Shown here piece after piece: positions 26,626-37,150 of a DNA stretch of 59,988 nucleotides (its first letter is position 1; every line of letters starts with the position of its first letter). Source of the DNA: Gemmatimonadales bacterium (lineage in GTDB: Bacteria > Gemmatimonadota > Gemmatimonadetes > Gemmatimonadales > GWC2-71-9); the NCBI GenBank assembly GCA_037189525.1, contig JBBCJC010000013.1, positions 1 through 59,988 of the forward strand, given 5' to 3'. Below the pieces are notes generated by a model. That model worked only from the letters and a program-made list of their open reading frames with translations. It was not told the origin of the DNA and made no database searches. The position numbers and the translations under genes were made by a program.

Positions 26626-28054
26626 ATGTCACGCATCCGAGGTGCGCTAGCTTCGCTGGCCGTGTTGGCGACTTGCTGGGCCCTGCCCGCTCATGCTCAG
26701 GACGTCGCCGTAACCGGCGGCACCGTGATCGACGCCACCGGCCGCGCGCCGATTCCCAACGGGGTCGTGCTGATCCGGGACGGACGGATTACGGCGGTCG
26801 GTCCGGCCGCCTCCGTGACGATTCCGGCCAACGCGACCCGGATCGATGCCCGGAACGGTTTCGTCATTCCCGGGCTGATGGACGCCAATCTCCATCTCTA
26901 CCTGAACGGCGATCTCGAAACCCTGATCCGCTACGAAGGGCGTTACCACGAGATCATCATCGAGGCCGCGCAGATCGCACTGCGCGCCGGGCTCACCACG
27001 GTGTTCGACACCTGGGGGCCCGCGCGCGCCGCTGATCCGGGCGCGCGATGAGATCAACGCCGGACGGGTACCCGGCAGCCGCTTCTATCTGGCCGGCAAT
27101 ATCATCGGGTTCACGGGTCCGTTGGGCGCCGACTTCCGCGCGCCATCAGCTGCGCACGCCAGCCGGGCCTTCGTCCAGCGCACCAACGCGCTGTGGGAAG
27201 ATGGCACCGGACGGGAGTTGCTCTGGCTCACGCCGGATTCCGTTCGCCAGGTCATCCGCGGCTACACCAAGCTCGGCAGCGACTTCCTCAAGTTCGGCGG
27301 CAGCGGGCACGTCGACATGAACCTGATTTCGTTTTCGGAACGGGTCCAGCGCGCCATCGTCGAGGAGGGACATCGCGCCGGCATGACCGTCCAGGCCCAT
27401 ACCACGTCAGTCGAGAGTCTCGACATGGCCATCGAGGCCGGCGTCGACATCGTGACTCACGGCGACATTTCCGGCCCGACCCAGCGGATTCCGGAAGTCA
27501 CGCTCCGCAAGCTGGCCGAGCGCAAGATCGCAGTCTCGGCGCTGGCGGTGACCCAGCGGCACCTCGACGCGATGGCAAAGCATATCCCCGATGGCGTGCT
27601 CACCCCGTACATGACGGTCGGTCGCGACAACATCCGGAACATGATCCGCGCCGGCGTCACCCTGCTCATGTCGACGGATGCCGGGATCGAGAATCCGATT
27701 CTCGCGAGTGAGTCACGCACCCGCGCCGCCGATACGGTCGACTCCCGGGTCAAGCTCGGCGAGGGGCACTTCAACGCGCTGGTCGCTTTCGAAGAAGCCG
27801 GCATGGCGCCGATGGAGGTGCTCCGTTCGGCCACCAGTCATGTCGCCCGCGCGTATCGATTGGAGAAGGACATCGGCACCCTGGAGCCGGGGCGACGGGC
27901 CGATCTCGTCATTCTCGATGCGGATCCGCTCGCCAGCGCGCGCAACTACCGGCAGATCCGCACTGTCATCAAAGACGGCGTCGCCGTCGATCGGGCCAGC
28001 TTGCCGCGCAACCCGATCATCAGCGCGCTGGTTCCTCCATCTGCCGGGAAGTAA
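26626..28054 (+). pseudogene. Secreted amidohydrolase split by a +1 frameshift near 27014-27021 (pseudogene or sequencing error)
   Basis: ORFs 26626-27051 and 27122-28054 join as ...DTWGPRAPLIRARDEINAGRVPG... if one base is removed from the GGGGGCCC run; C-terminal GTLEPGRRADLVILDADPL. Confidence 0.85.
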
Positions 28055-28056
28055 TC

Positions 28057-28461
28057 ATGATTCGGATCACGATTGGCGATCTCGTCCTCACCGCGCGTCT
28101 CGAACGAGAGCAGGCGCCTCGCTCGGTCGCGGCCTTCCTGAGCCTTCTTCCCCTGACCGGCTCGCTGCTGCAGGCCCGCTGGAGCGGCGAGGCGGCGTGG
28201 GTACCATATGGTGATCTCCAGACCGGCGTCGGCGAGGAGAACGCTACCGATCAGCCGGCTCCGGGACAGATCCTGCTCTATCCCCAGGGCGTTAGCGAAA
28301 CCGAAATCCTGGTCCCGTACGGTATTACGGTCTTTGCCAGCAAGTTCGGCCGCCTCCGCGGGAACCATATCCTGACCGTCGTCGAGGGGCTCGACCTCCT
28401 TCCCGAAATCGGCCGCCGGGTCGTTTGGGAAGGCGCTCAACCGATCCGATTCGACTCCTGA
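28057..28461 (+). CDS. DUF3830-like cyclophilin-fold protein
   Basis: ARWSGEAAWVP, ENAT..PAPGQILLYP, SETEILVPYG, FASKFGRLRGNH. Confidence 0.75.
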   Translation: MIRITIGDLVLTARLEREQAPRSVAAFLSLLPLTGSLLQARWSGEAAWVPYGDLQTGVGEENATDQPAPGQILLYPQGVSETEILVPYGITVFASKFGRLRGNHILTVVEGLDLLPEIGRRVVWEGAQPIRFDS

Positions 28462-28520
28462 CCCTCCCCGCTCCACCGCCCGATTGCAACTAATTCGACC
28501 TGTCGCTCGTCTAAAGGAGC

Positions 28521-28853
28521 ATGGCCGATCCACGTTCCGATGTGCTCCAGGGTACCCTGGAGATGCTGATCCTCAAGCTGTTGTCCGCAGAAACGTCGCA
28601 CGGCTGGGGGCTCTCGTTCCGGCTGCGGCAGGTTTCGGGTGACGTTTTCGATGTCAACCAGGGCTCGCTCTACCCCGCCCTGCAGCGACTGCTCCGGCGC
28701 GACCTGATCCGCGCCGAGTGGCGTGCGAGCGAGAACAACCGCCGCGCCCGGTACTACCACCTGACTCCGGCGGGGCGCCGAGCGCTCGACTCCGCCGTTG
28801 CCGACTGGCGCCGCTCAGCGGGAGCGGTCGAGCGCGTCCTTCGCTTCGCCTGA
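28521..28853 (+). CDS. PadR-family transcriptional regulator (acidobacterial type)
   Basis: LQGTLEMLILK, VNQGSLYPALQRL, SENNRRARYY; directly upstream of an ADOP permease. Confidence 0.93.
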   Translation: MADPRSDVLQGTLEMLILKLLSAETSHGWGLSFRLRQVSGDVFDVNQGSLYPALQRLLRRDLIRAEWRASENNRRARYYHLTPAGRRALDSAVADWRRSAGAVERVLRFA

Positions 28854-28860
28854 GGTTCTC

Positions 28861-31560
28861 ATGGCCCGGTTCTCCCTTCGTTCGGTTCTCGATGCGCTGA
28901 TGGGACGGCGCCGGGCCGATCGCGAGCTCGCCGAAGAGATTCGCCATCATCTGGACCTCGAAACGGAATACCGGGTCAGTCAGGGGGAAACTCCCAAAGA
29001 CGCCCGGCAGACCGCGCTCCGCGCCTTCGGCAACGCCACCAACGTGGCCGAAGAGGTCCGGGACGAACGAGGCGGCACCCGCCTCGAGTCGGTGCTCAAG
29101 GATCTCGCCTTTGCGGTCCGCTCGCTCCGTCGCGAGGCTGGCATGACCGCGATCGTCGTACTCACCTTGGGCGTCGGTATCGGGACCGCAACCGCACTGT
29201 TCGCAGTGGTGCGCAGCGCGCTGCTGACACCCCTGCCATATACGAACCCGGCCGGGGTTGTCACGGTCTGGAGCGCCTGGACCGGCTTCGAACGGACCTG
29301 GGTTTCCTACGATGAGTACGAAGCGTGGCAAGCGGACATTCCCGCACTGGCCGATATCGCGATCTTCGCGAGTGGCGCCGTCAACCTGACCGGCGGCGAT
29401 CAGCCCGAACGGGTCCGGAGCGCGCAGGTCGGGGCCAACCTGTTCCGCGTCTTCGGGGTCGCCCCGGTGCGCGGCCGCGCTTTTACCGACGAGGAGGACC
29501 GCCCGGGCGGTCCTGCCGTCGCCGTGATCAGCCACGAACTCTGGTCCAGGCGCTTCGGCGCCGACCCCGCGGTGCTCGGCGGCCCCATCGAGATCAACGG
29601 CTCCGCCGTCTCGCTGATTGGCGTGATGCCTCCGGGTTTCAAGCTGCCGCTCGACTTCGGCAGCGACGGGGCCACCGAGGTGTATCTCCCGCTGGCAACC
29701 GATGCTACGCAGCAAGGAGCCATCCCGGGCCCCGCCATGAATCTCAACGGCGGCAGCCACGGTCTCCATGCGGTGGCACGCCTGGCCCCCGGCGCCACGG
29801 CAGCGCTCGCCAACGGACAGCTGCGCGATCGGGTGGCCGCCCTGGTGCGCGATAACGTGTACGCCCCGAGCTTCGGATTCCGCGCCTTTACCGTTCCGGT
29901 CGACGACCTGGTGAGCGGCGAGGTGCGTCAGCCGCTCCTGATCCTGCTCGGTGCGGTGGCCATCGTGCTGCTGATTGCTTGCGCGAACGTGGCCGGCCTG
30001 CTCCTCGTGCGCGGCGAGCGACGTCGCCGGGAACTCGCGGTGCGCACTGCGGTGGGCGCCGGACAGGGCCGCCTGGTCCGGCTGCTCTTCGTCGAAACGG
30101 GCGTGCTTGCTGGCGCCGGCGCCGTGGCCGGCGTCCTGATTGCCTGGCTCAGCATCGAGGGTATCAAACAGCTGGGCATGACGTCACTGCCGCGGGTAGC
30201 GGAAGCCCGGATCGACCCTGTGTTACTGGGCGTTGCCCTGCTGATCGCGGTGCTCACGGCCATTCTCACCGGTATCCTGCCGTCGCTCCAGGCCCGCCAA
30301 GTCGACCCAGCCGACGAGTTGCGCGAGTCGGGCCACCGCGCCTCGGCGGGCAGAGGCCGGCTGCGCTGGCGACAGACGCTGGTGACGGCGGAGATCGCGC
30401 TCGCGGTGGTCCTCGTTACCGGCGCGGGACTCCTGGTGCGCACCGTCCGGAATCTGTTGTCGCTCGATCCGGGCTTCGATCCGCGCGGGGTCCTCACCAT
30501 GCGTCTATCAACGCCGTCCACCTGGTACGGCGATTCCGCGGCCGTGGCAGGCTTCTGGAGCATGCTCACCAGCGGGGTCAGCCGGATTCCGGGGGTTCGC
30601 TCGGTTGGTGCGGTGCGCCTCCTTCCACTCGCGACCGAGATGGGCGACTGGGGCATGATCGTCGAGGGCTACACCCCGCCGCCCAACCAGGGCACCCCGG
30701 GCGACTGGCAGATCGTGACGCCGGGCGCCTTGGAGGCGATGGGTTATCGCCTGATCGAAGGACGTCTCCTCGACGCCGGCGACGACCTGAACGGGCCGCT
30801 CGCGATGGTGGTCAATCAGACCTTTGTCGAGCGCTACCTGGCAGGCCGGCCCGCTCTGGGCACCAGCGTCCGGGTCGGGAGCTCGCAAGGACTCGCCGCG
30901 CCGGCCTATCACATCGTTGGCGTCGTCGAGGATGCCCGCCATAGTACGCTGAAGAGCGCCACCAAACCCGGCTTCTATGTCACGGTTGCTCACTTTTCCC
31001 GCGCCCCCGGATTCACCATTCGCAGCCTGAGCCTCGCAGTCCGTACCGACGGCGACCCCAAAGCGCTGATCGGGCCGGTGCGCAGCGCGGTGCGGCAGAT
31101 CGATCCGCGGCTTCCGATTTCGGAAATCCGCACCATGGAGGAGGTCATCGGCGCATCGATTGCCGCGCCCCACTTCGCGATGCGATTGTTGAGCGGTTTT
31201 GGTATCATTGCACTCGGCCTGGCCGCGATCGGCATCTTCGGCATCGTTTCGCACGCCGTCGCAGTCCGGCGCCAGGAATTCGGGATCCGCGCGGCACTCG
31301 GCGCGCAACCGATCGAACTGCTCCGCGCCGGGATCGGGCCGGGCCTGCGCCAAACTGCTGTCGGAATCGCCATCGGGACCGCGCTCGCGCTCGGGTTGAC
31401 CGGACTCTTGAGCCGAGTACTGGAGGGGGTCACGCCGACCGATCCGCTGACGTTCGGCGTCGTGATTCTCCTGACCGGCATGGTGGCGTTCATCGCGAGC
31501 CTGCTGCCCGCCATCCGGGCCGCGCGGGTGACGCCGGGGAGTGTCCTCCGAGCAGACTAG
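28861..31560 (+). CDS. ADOP-family duplicated ABC permease with permease-prefix domain
   Basis: ELAEEIRHHL..ARQTALRAFG prefix, LIACANVAGLLL, RRQEFGIRAALGA, PAIRAARV. Confidence 0.92.
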   Translation: MARFSLRSVLDALMGRRRADRELAEEIRHHLDLETEYRVSQGETPKDARQTALRAFGNATNVAEEVRDERGGTRLESVLKDLAFAVRSLRREAGMTAIVVLTLGVGIGTATALFAVVRSALLTPLPYTNPAGVVTVWSAWTGFERTWVSYDEYEAWQADIPALADIAIFASGAVNLTGGDQPERVRSAQVGANLFRVFGVAPVRGRAFTDEEDRPGGPAVAVISHELWSRRFGADPAVLGGPIEINGSAVSLIGVMPPGFKLPLDFGSDGATEVYLPLATDATQQGAIPGPAMNLNGGSHGLHAVARLAPGATAALANGQLRDRVAALVRDNVYAPSFGFRAFTVPVDDLVSGEVRQPLLILLGAVAIVLLIACANVAGLLLVRGERRRRELAVRTAVGAGQGRLVRLLFVETGVLAGAGAVAGVLIAWLSIEGIKQLGMTSLPRVAEARIDPVLLGVALLIAVLTAILTGILPSLQARQVDPADELRESGHRASAGRGRLRWRQTLVTAEIALAVVLVTGAGLLVRTVRNLLSLDPGFDPRGVLTMRLSTPSTWYGDSAAVAGFWSMLTSGVSRIPGVRSVGAVRLLPLATEMGDWGMIVEGYTPPPNQGTPGDWQIVTPGALEAMGYRLIEGRLLDAGDDLNGPLAMVVNQTFVERYLAGRPALGTSVRVGSSQGLAAPAYHIVGVVEDARHSTLKSATKPGFYVTVAHFSRAPGFTIRSLSLAVRTDGDPKALIGPVRSAVRQIDPRLPISEIRTMEEVIGASIAAPHFAMRLLSGFGIIALGLAAIGIFGIVSHAVAVRRQEFGIRAALGAQPIELLRAGIGPGLRQTAVGIAIGTALALGLTGLLSRVLEGVTPTDPLTFGVVILLTGMVAFIASLLPAIRAARVTPGSVLRAD

Positions 31561-31577
31561 GAACTGACGAGCGCGGT

Positions 31578-32888
31578 ATGAGTCATCGGATCCTTCTGAC
31601 CAGCTTCGGTTCCTACGGAGACGTGTTTCCGTATGTCGGCCTGGCACTCGAACTTCGCGCTCGTGGCCATCACCCCGTGCTCGCCATGCCGGGATATGCC
31701 CGCGAGCTGGTCGAGCGCGAGGGTCTCGAATTCCATCCGGTTCGGCCCGACGGTGACTTGAACGACACCGCGACGATTGCCCGCATCATGGATCCGGCGC
31801 GCGGATCGGAGTTTCTGGTCCGCGAGATCATCATGCCCTCGTTGGCCGACGCCGAGTCCGACGTGGCGCCGCTCCTGGCCGATGTCGATCTCGTCGTCAC
31901 ACATCCCGTGTCGTTTGCCGCGGCCTACCTGACCCAGAAGGCCCGGCTTCCCTGGGTCTCGACCGTCCTGGCCCCGATCTCGTTCTTTTCCCGCTACGAC
32001 ATGCCGGTCGCTCCAGTGGCGCCGTGGACCAAACGACTCGAAGTGATTCCCGGGGTGCCCCACCTCGTCACCGGGCTCGGCAAGTGGATGGCCCGGCGGT
32101 GGCTTCGTCCGGTCGAAGCTCGCCGCCGCGCGCTGGGACTTCCGCCCGGGCGCAACCCGCTCGTCGAGGGGCAGCACTCGCCTCAGGCGGTCATTGCCCT
32201 GTTCTCGAGGCTGCTCGCCGACCCGAAGCCCGACTGGCCCGCCAACGTCACCGTTGCGGGCGCCGTCGAATACAACGGCGCCGATGCGGAGCAACCGCTT
32301 TCCGCCGAGCTGCTCGAGTTTCTGGCAGCCGGTCCGCCGCCGGTGGTGTTCACGCTGGGCAGTGCGGCGGTCGCTGCGGCCGGCTCGTTCTTCGATGAGA
32401 GCCTGGCCGCGATCCGGGCGTTGGGTATCAGGGCGGTCCTGCTCGTTGGCGCTCACGCGCAGAACCGGCCGGCCGGGGAGATTCCCGATACGGTGCGCCT
32501 CGAGCCCTACGCCCCGCATGCTGCGCTCTTTCCTTATGCCTCCGCCATCGTCCATCAGGGCGGCATCGGCACGCTGCACCAAGCACTGCGATCGGGGCGA
32601 CCGACGCTGATCGTACCCTTCTCTCATGATCAGCCGGACAATGCCCATCGCACTGCGCGCCTGGGCTGTTCGCGCACCATCCTGCCACACCGGTATCGCG
32701 CCGACCGCGTTGCGCGCGAGCTTCGTATGCTGCTCGACGATCCGATCTTTCGCAACCGGGCTACAGCGGTCGGAGAGCAGGTCCGCGCCGAGGGAGGTGC
32801 CCGAGCTGCATGTGACGTGATCGAGTCAGTGCTTCCGCAATCCCGACCGGTTCGCGGTCACCTCACCCCGCGCGCCCCGGCGGGCTGA
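31578..32888 (+). CDS. Family 1 (GT-B fold) glycosyltransferase
   Basis: GSYGDVFPY, RARGH, VFTLGS, IVHQGGIGT, HDQPDNA. Confidence 0.9.
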   Translation: MSHRILLTSFGSYGDVFPYVGLALELRARGHHPVLAMPGYARELVEREGLEFHPVRPDGDLNDTATIARIMDPARGSEFLVREIIMPSLADAESDVAPLLADVDLVVTHPVSFAAAYLTQKARLPWVSTVLAPISFFSRYDMPVAPVAPWTKRLEVIPGVPHLVTGLGKWMARRWLRPVEARRRALGLPPGRNPLVEGQHSPQAVIALFSRLLADPKPDWPANVTVAGAVEYNGADAEQPLSAELLEFLAAGPPPVVFTLGSAAVAAAGSFFDESLAAIRALGIRAVLLVGAHAQNRPAGEIPDTVRLEPYAPHAALFPYASAIVHQGGIGTLHQALRSGRPTLIVPFSHDQPDNAHRTARLGCSRTILPHRYRADRVARELRMLLDDPIFRNRATAVGEQVRAEGGARAACDVIESVLPQSRPVRGHLTPRAPAG

Positions 32889-33007
32889 CCCGCACCACGA
32901 GCGCCCTGAGCGACCTGCGCCACCCAATACTTGCGCCACTCGGGAGCGCGCCGCACCTTCTGGTATCCGGCCCTGTTGCGCCGGCCTTCCCATCCCAGGA
33001 GGCAGTG

Positions 33008-33571
33008 ATGGTCTCGATGGCTTCGCTGTGGCTTCCGATCCTGATTTCAGCAGTCGTGGTGTTCGCCGCAAGCTCCATCATCCACATGGTGCTTGGCTAC
33101 CACAAATCCGATCTGGGACGAGTCCCCGACGAAGACGGCGTGCGCGCGGCGCTCCGGCCCTTCGCCATTCCCCCCGGCGACTACGTCATGCCGCGGGCCC
33201 AGACCTCCGCCGAGATGCGGTCGGCCGAGTATCTGGAGAAACTGAATCAGGGCCCGAACGTCCTGATGATCGTGATGCCGAACGGGGTGTTCAACATCGG
33301 AAAGCAGCTGGGCCAGTGGTTCGTCTTCTGCATCGTGGTGGGAATTTTTGCGGCCTACGTCGCGGGGCATGTCCTGCCCCCGGGCGAATCGTATCTGCGG
33401 GTCTTTCGCGTGACGGGAACCGTGGCCTTTGCCGGGTATGGATTGGCGCAGATTCAGCAGTCGATCTGGTTCGCGCGCAGCTGGAACACGACCATCAAAT
33501 CGCTGTTCGACGCGCTCATCTTTGCCGCGCTCACCGGCGGCGTGTTCGGCTGGCGCTGGCCGGCGGCGTAG
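33008..33571 (+). CDS. Hypothetical membrane protein
   Basis: Several hydrophobic segments; AGGAGG RBS upstream. Confidence 0.75.
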   Translation: MVSMASLWLPILISAVVVFAASSIIHMVLGYHKSDLGRVPDEDGVRAALRPFAIPPGDYVMPRAQTSAEMRSAEYLEKLNQGPNVLMIVMPNGVFNIGKQLGQWFVFCIVVGIFAAYVAGHVLPPGESYLRVFRVTGTVAFAGYGLAQIQQSIWFARSWNTTIKSLFDALIFAALTGGVFGWRWPAA

Positions 33572-33768
33572 CGTACTCCCAGGGCTGGTCGGCACTCGAT
33601 GATGTCGACCAGCCGCTCCACGTAGAGCCGACGAAAGGCACGCCATTTCATGGGCGTGCCTGCATTACAGGGGGAGCTTTCCAGCTTACGATGTGAGCGA
33701 CCGTCCCGCCTGAACACCTCGATTTCCAGACCTCAGGGACGAGACTTCGACCTCAATGAATGACGTGG

Positions 33769-34635
33769 CTATCCTCTCGCTGCTGCGTACCTGGTCAACA
33801 AGCGGAGCGTGCGGCGATCATTGGAGACTTCATCATCACCTTTCGGCGTTTCCAGAATCTTGGGGACAGCGGCGAAGCGCGAATCCGCCATCAGGCGGCG
33901 AAAGGGCGCATAGCCCATCGTCCCTTTACCGATCAGGGCATGCCGGTCGCGGCGGGCGCCGAACGGGGTGACCGAATCGTTGAAATGGAAACACCGCAGC
34001 AGATCGAGGCCGAGGATCCGATCCCATGCCTGCCAAACACCCTCGTAGTCGTTGATCAGATCGTACCCGGCGCTGTGGAGATGGCAGGTATCGGCGCAGA
34101 ACGCGACCCGCTCGCGGACCGAGGGGTCGACCTGGTCGCGGATCTCGCGGAGTTCTTCGAATCGCGCACCAAGCGTGGTACCGGTTCCTGCCGTTGTTTC
34201 GAGCAAGACCATGACCTCGCCCGGCACCGCTTGCAGGCACACCGAGTATCCCTCCGCCGCGCGACGAATCCCTCGGGCCGCATCGTCGAGATAGTTCCCG
34301 GGGTGCGATACCACGGCATCGAGGCCCAACGCCGTCGCGCGCACCAGTTCGGCCTTGAATGCTTCGACGGATCGCTCCCACAACGCAGCGTCGGGAGAGG
34401 CCAGATTGATCAGATAGGAATCATGCGCCACCGCCGATCGAATCCCGACACTGTGCCGGGCCGCGCGAAAGGCCTCCGCCTCCTCAGCCGAGATGGTGCG
34501 CTCCCGCCATTGGTTAGGGGTCTTGGTAAAGATCTGAATGGCGGTGGCGCCGATGGCCTGGCCTCGTCCGGGCGCGTGGACGACTCCGCCGGCCGTGGAC
34601 ACATGCGCCCCGATCAACGGAGACCCATGTTTCAT
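33769..34635 (-). CDS. nfo: Endonuclease IV (AP endonuclease 2)
   Basis: IGAHVSTAGG, QIFTK, HDSYLINLAS, LETTAG, DTCH, HFNDS, DRHALIGKG, ILETP. Confidence 0.95.
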   Translation of the reverse strand: MKHGSPLIGAHVSTAGGVVHAPGRGQAIGATAIQIFTKTPNQWRERTISAEEAEAFRAARHSVGIRSAVAHDSYLINLASPDAALWERSVEAFKAELVRATALGLDAVVSHPGNYLDDAARGIRRAAEGYSVCLQAVPGEVMVLLETTAGTGTTLGARFEELREIRDQVDPSVRERVAFCADTCHLHSAGYDLINDYEGVWQAWDRILGLDLLRCFHFNDSVTPFGARRDRHALIGKGTMGYAPFRRLMADSRFAAVPKILETPKGDDEVSNDRRTLRLLTRYAAARG

Positions 34636-34661
34636 CTGATTGCCCGAACGTGGCACCCTGC

Positions 34662-35984
34662 TCACTCCTGGACGAACCTCGACACGCTCGAACTCATCCA
34701 GGTTCCCGCTTGGCGAGGAGTACGAATGCCGCCGGCAGAAGAAGACCACCCGAAGGACTCGAGAACCAGCACCGCACCCTCGAGAGCCAAACCCCACGAG
34801 GAGTTCCACCCGTCAACCACCGAGAGATCGGGCACCGATATATCGATCTGTTGCGACCCGTTGCGGTATGCCTGCGTCTGCATGATGACGACCGTACGAG
34901 CGGAGGGATCCAGCAAACCAAGTATCGCGAGCTTGGCATACTCGCTCTGTACCGCGACCTGGGTCCGAACCCGCAATGCGGGCGCCGACGAGAGAACGGT
35001 CACCGTTCGGTCCGCCATCGGAGGACCGAAAGCAAGCGATGTCGGAGGCTGTACGCCGAGCACCCCGGATCGCAGGATCTGGTCTCGGATGCCTTCGGAG
35101 TTGGCGACAGATCGGTTGATCGTCGTACCGATCAGCTCACTCGGCCCCAATAAGTCGCGCGGCGGGAAGACGACCTCGAGACTGGCCGCCGTCGAGGAGG
35201 TTGGCATGCCCGCGCCCGCGACCTCAAACGAGTCCGTCGGCGTAAAGAGAATCGTGGTGACGGCCCAGCTCGTCGGAGCCGATGCAACGAGATTGACGGT
35301 ATGGCGCTCGGTAGGTACGCTGGCGGCCGACCCGAAATCGACCAGGGGAAGATCACCGGACCCCGACACTTCCGCCGCCCTCCGTATCAGCATCGCGGAC
35401 GGCTGGGCTACACCTGGACCAGTCGAGGCGATGAGATCGAACGTCCCAGTTGGTGCGTCGGGAATCACGATCCCGGCTCCCACCGCAATACGCAATGTAC
35501 TGACCGTCTTCCCGCCGTAGCGGACGGTCACGTCATCGAAATCACTGCCGCCGGCTACAGGAATCCGCACCTGGCGTACCGTCGCAGGCGCACAACGGCT
35601 CTGCGCCAGGCTCTGGAGTTCCGCCAACGATCCGTAGACGATCTGGGTTCGTGGCACCGTCTGGTTGGTCGTGACCCAGGCAATCGCGCCCCGCTCGGTT
35701 ACCGGAAACGCATAGGTGTTCTGGGCGCCGGCAATCCGCGTCCACGTACCGCTGCCATCCTGGGCAGCGACCCAGATCGGAATGTGCGTCTGATCCGGCC
35801 CGCAGAACGCCCACGTAACCGTCGTGGGTGACGGAGGCGGCGGGGGTGGAGGTGGTGGCGGTGGCGGCGGCGGATTGACCGGAGGTGGAGGCGGCGGGTT
35901 GGTCACATCCGATGAACAGCCCGCGACAGCCAGGCTCACTGCCACACCGAGCAAAACAGCTCGGCCCACCAAACGGCTGGGCAT
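34662..35984 (-). CDS. Putative lipoprotein with poly-proline linker
   Basis: Lipobox LAVAG-C followed by a long proline run and a beta-rich domain. Confidence 0.75.
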   Translation of the reverse strand: MPSRLVGRAVLLGVAVSLAVAGCSSDVTNPPPPPPVNPPPPPPPPPPPPPPSPTTVTWAFCGPDQTHIPIWVAAQDGSGTWTRIAGAQNTYAFPVTERGAIAWVTTNQTVPRTQIVYGSLAELQSLAQSRCAPATVRQVRIPVAGGSDFDDVTVRYGGKTVSTLRIAVGAGIVIPDAPTGTFDLIASTGPGVAQPSAMLIRRAAEVSGSGDLPLVDFGSAASVPTERHTVNLVASAPTSWAVTTILFTPTDSFEVAGAGMPTSSTAASLEVVFPPRDLLGPSELIGTTINRSVANSEGIRDQILRSGVLGVQPPTSLAFGPPMADRTVTVLSSAPALRVRTQVAVQSEYAKLAILGLLDPSARTVVIMQTQAYRNGSQQIDISVPDLSVVDGWNSSWGLALEGAVLVLESFGWSSSAGGIRTPRQAGTWMSSSVSRFVQE

Positions 35985-36055
35985 TGCGAGAATCCTCTAA
36001 AACGAGAGTGCGGATGGCTCTACGCTACGATACTCCGCAGCGAATGTCCAGAGTC

Positions 36056-36607
36056 CTACGACACGACATCGTAGTGCAGTTCCGCCATGCCGGCGCTGAT
36101 CTGCCGGACCGAGCGCAGCTGGAGCACCGGACTTTCGATCCGCCGCGGCAGGAGCGGCTTACCCGACCCAAGGGTGACCGAGCCGAGCTGAACGATCAGT
36201 TCGTCGAGAAGACCCGCATCGTAAAACTGCCCGACCAGGTCGCCACCGCCGACGATCCAGACATTCTTCGACCCGGCATGGGCAACCATGTCTGTATGCA
36301 CGGGCCTCACATCGCCGGACACGAACCGGATTGCGGCGCCCGGCGGTGCCGGCAGCTGCCGGCGACTGAAGACCCAAGCAGGCTGCGCATAGGGCCAGGG
36401 CGCCTGGTCCTCCGTGCCGAGTTTGACCACATGCCGCAACAGCCATTCATAGGTCGACGATCCCATGGCCATCGCCCCCACTTCCGCAAAGAATGCCGGG
36501 TATCCGGTGTCCTCGAGCCGAGCCAGCGGAAAGAGCCATTCCAGGCCGTGGTCGTCCGTCGCGATGTAGCCATCCAATGTCGCCGCGGTAAAGTATTGCG
36601 TCTTCAT
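36056..36607 (-). CDS. Dihydrofolate reductase / RibD C-terminal family protein
   Basis: TLDGYIA, MGSSTYEW, NVWIVGGGDL, LLDELIV..VTLGSGKPL. Confidence 0.88.
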   Translation of the reverse strand: MKTQYFTAATLDGYIATDDHGLEWLFPLARLEDTGYPAFFAEVGAMAMGSSTYEWLLRHVVKLGTEDQAPWPYAQPAWVFSRRQLPAPPGAAIRFVSGDVRPVHTDMVAHAGSKNVWIVGGGDLVGQFYDAGLLDELIVQLGSVTLGSGKPLLPRRIESPVLQLRSVRQISAGMAELHYDVVS

Positions 36608-36655
36608 CGATCGACTCGACTCCGAGATTGAAGGATCGGCCGGGATCAATCAGGA

Positions 36656-37129
36656 TCACGTCGATCCCGATTCGGCAGGCCGCCGGCGGCGCAGCGCAAC
36701 AGCCATGACCGCCACCACGATCAGGTTCAGCACGAGTACGACGGCCACGAACACCGACGGGCGACGGATCAGTTCGGCGATTTCGATCGGAACATAGATC
36801 CCGCTACTCAGAGCGGCGAGCCACTCCGCCCAAGCTCGCTCGTTGAAGAGACCATACGCCTCGGCGAATCGTACCAGCGCATACGTGACCCCGCCAACCG
36901 CCAGCCACGCAATATGGCCGGGCTCCAGATGCGCCGCGAGATCGAGGACGGCATGAGGATACCGCGACGTCGGACTCAGATGCAGATGACTGACGATCTG
37001 GGCAGCCACGGCGTGCAGGTCGTCATGCACGAGCAGCAGCAATCCGGTGGCGACAAGCAGGACAGCGATGCCCTTGATCATCTCGATCCACGCCACCATC
37101 CGGACGGTGGCCCGAGTCCGCTCGGACAT
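36656..37129 (-). CDS. DUF2127-like membrane protein
   Basis: EMIKG, YALVRFAEAYGL, WAEWLA, YVPIEI. Confidence 0.8.
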   Translation of the reverse strand: MSERTRATVRMVAWIEMIKGIAVLLVATGLLLLVHDDLHAVAAQIVSHLHLSPTSRYPHAVLDLAAHLEPGHIAWLAVGGVTYALVRFAEAYGLFNERAWAEWLAALSSGIYVPIEIAELIRRPSVFVAVVLVLNLIVVAVMAVALRRRRPAESGST

Positions 37130-37150
37130 CCTAGACGCGCGCCGCCGGGT

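Noticed and set aside
33583..33661. Two hairpins (33583-33614 and 33636-33661) as a possible ncRNA
   Set aside because: They lie between convergent genes and resemble no RNA family I recognise; termination or stability hairpins are the simpler explanation.
35833..35898. GGN-rich low-complexity tract
   Set aside because: It encodes the lipoprotein's poly-proline linker with mixed codons; not a contingency repeat.
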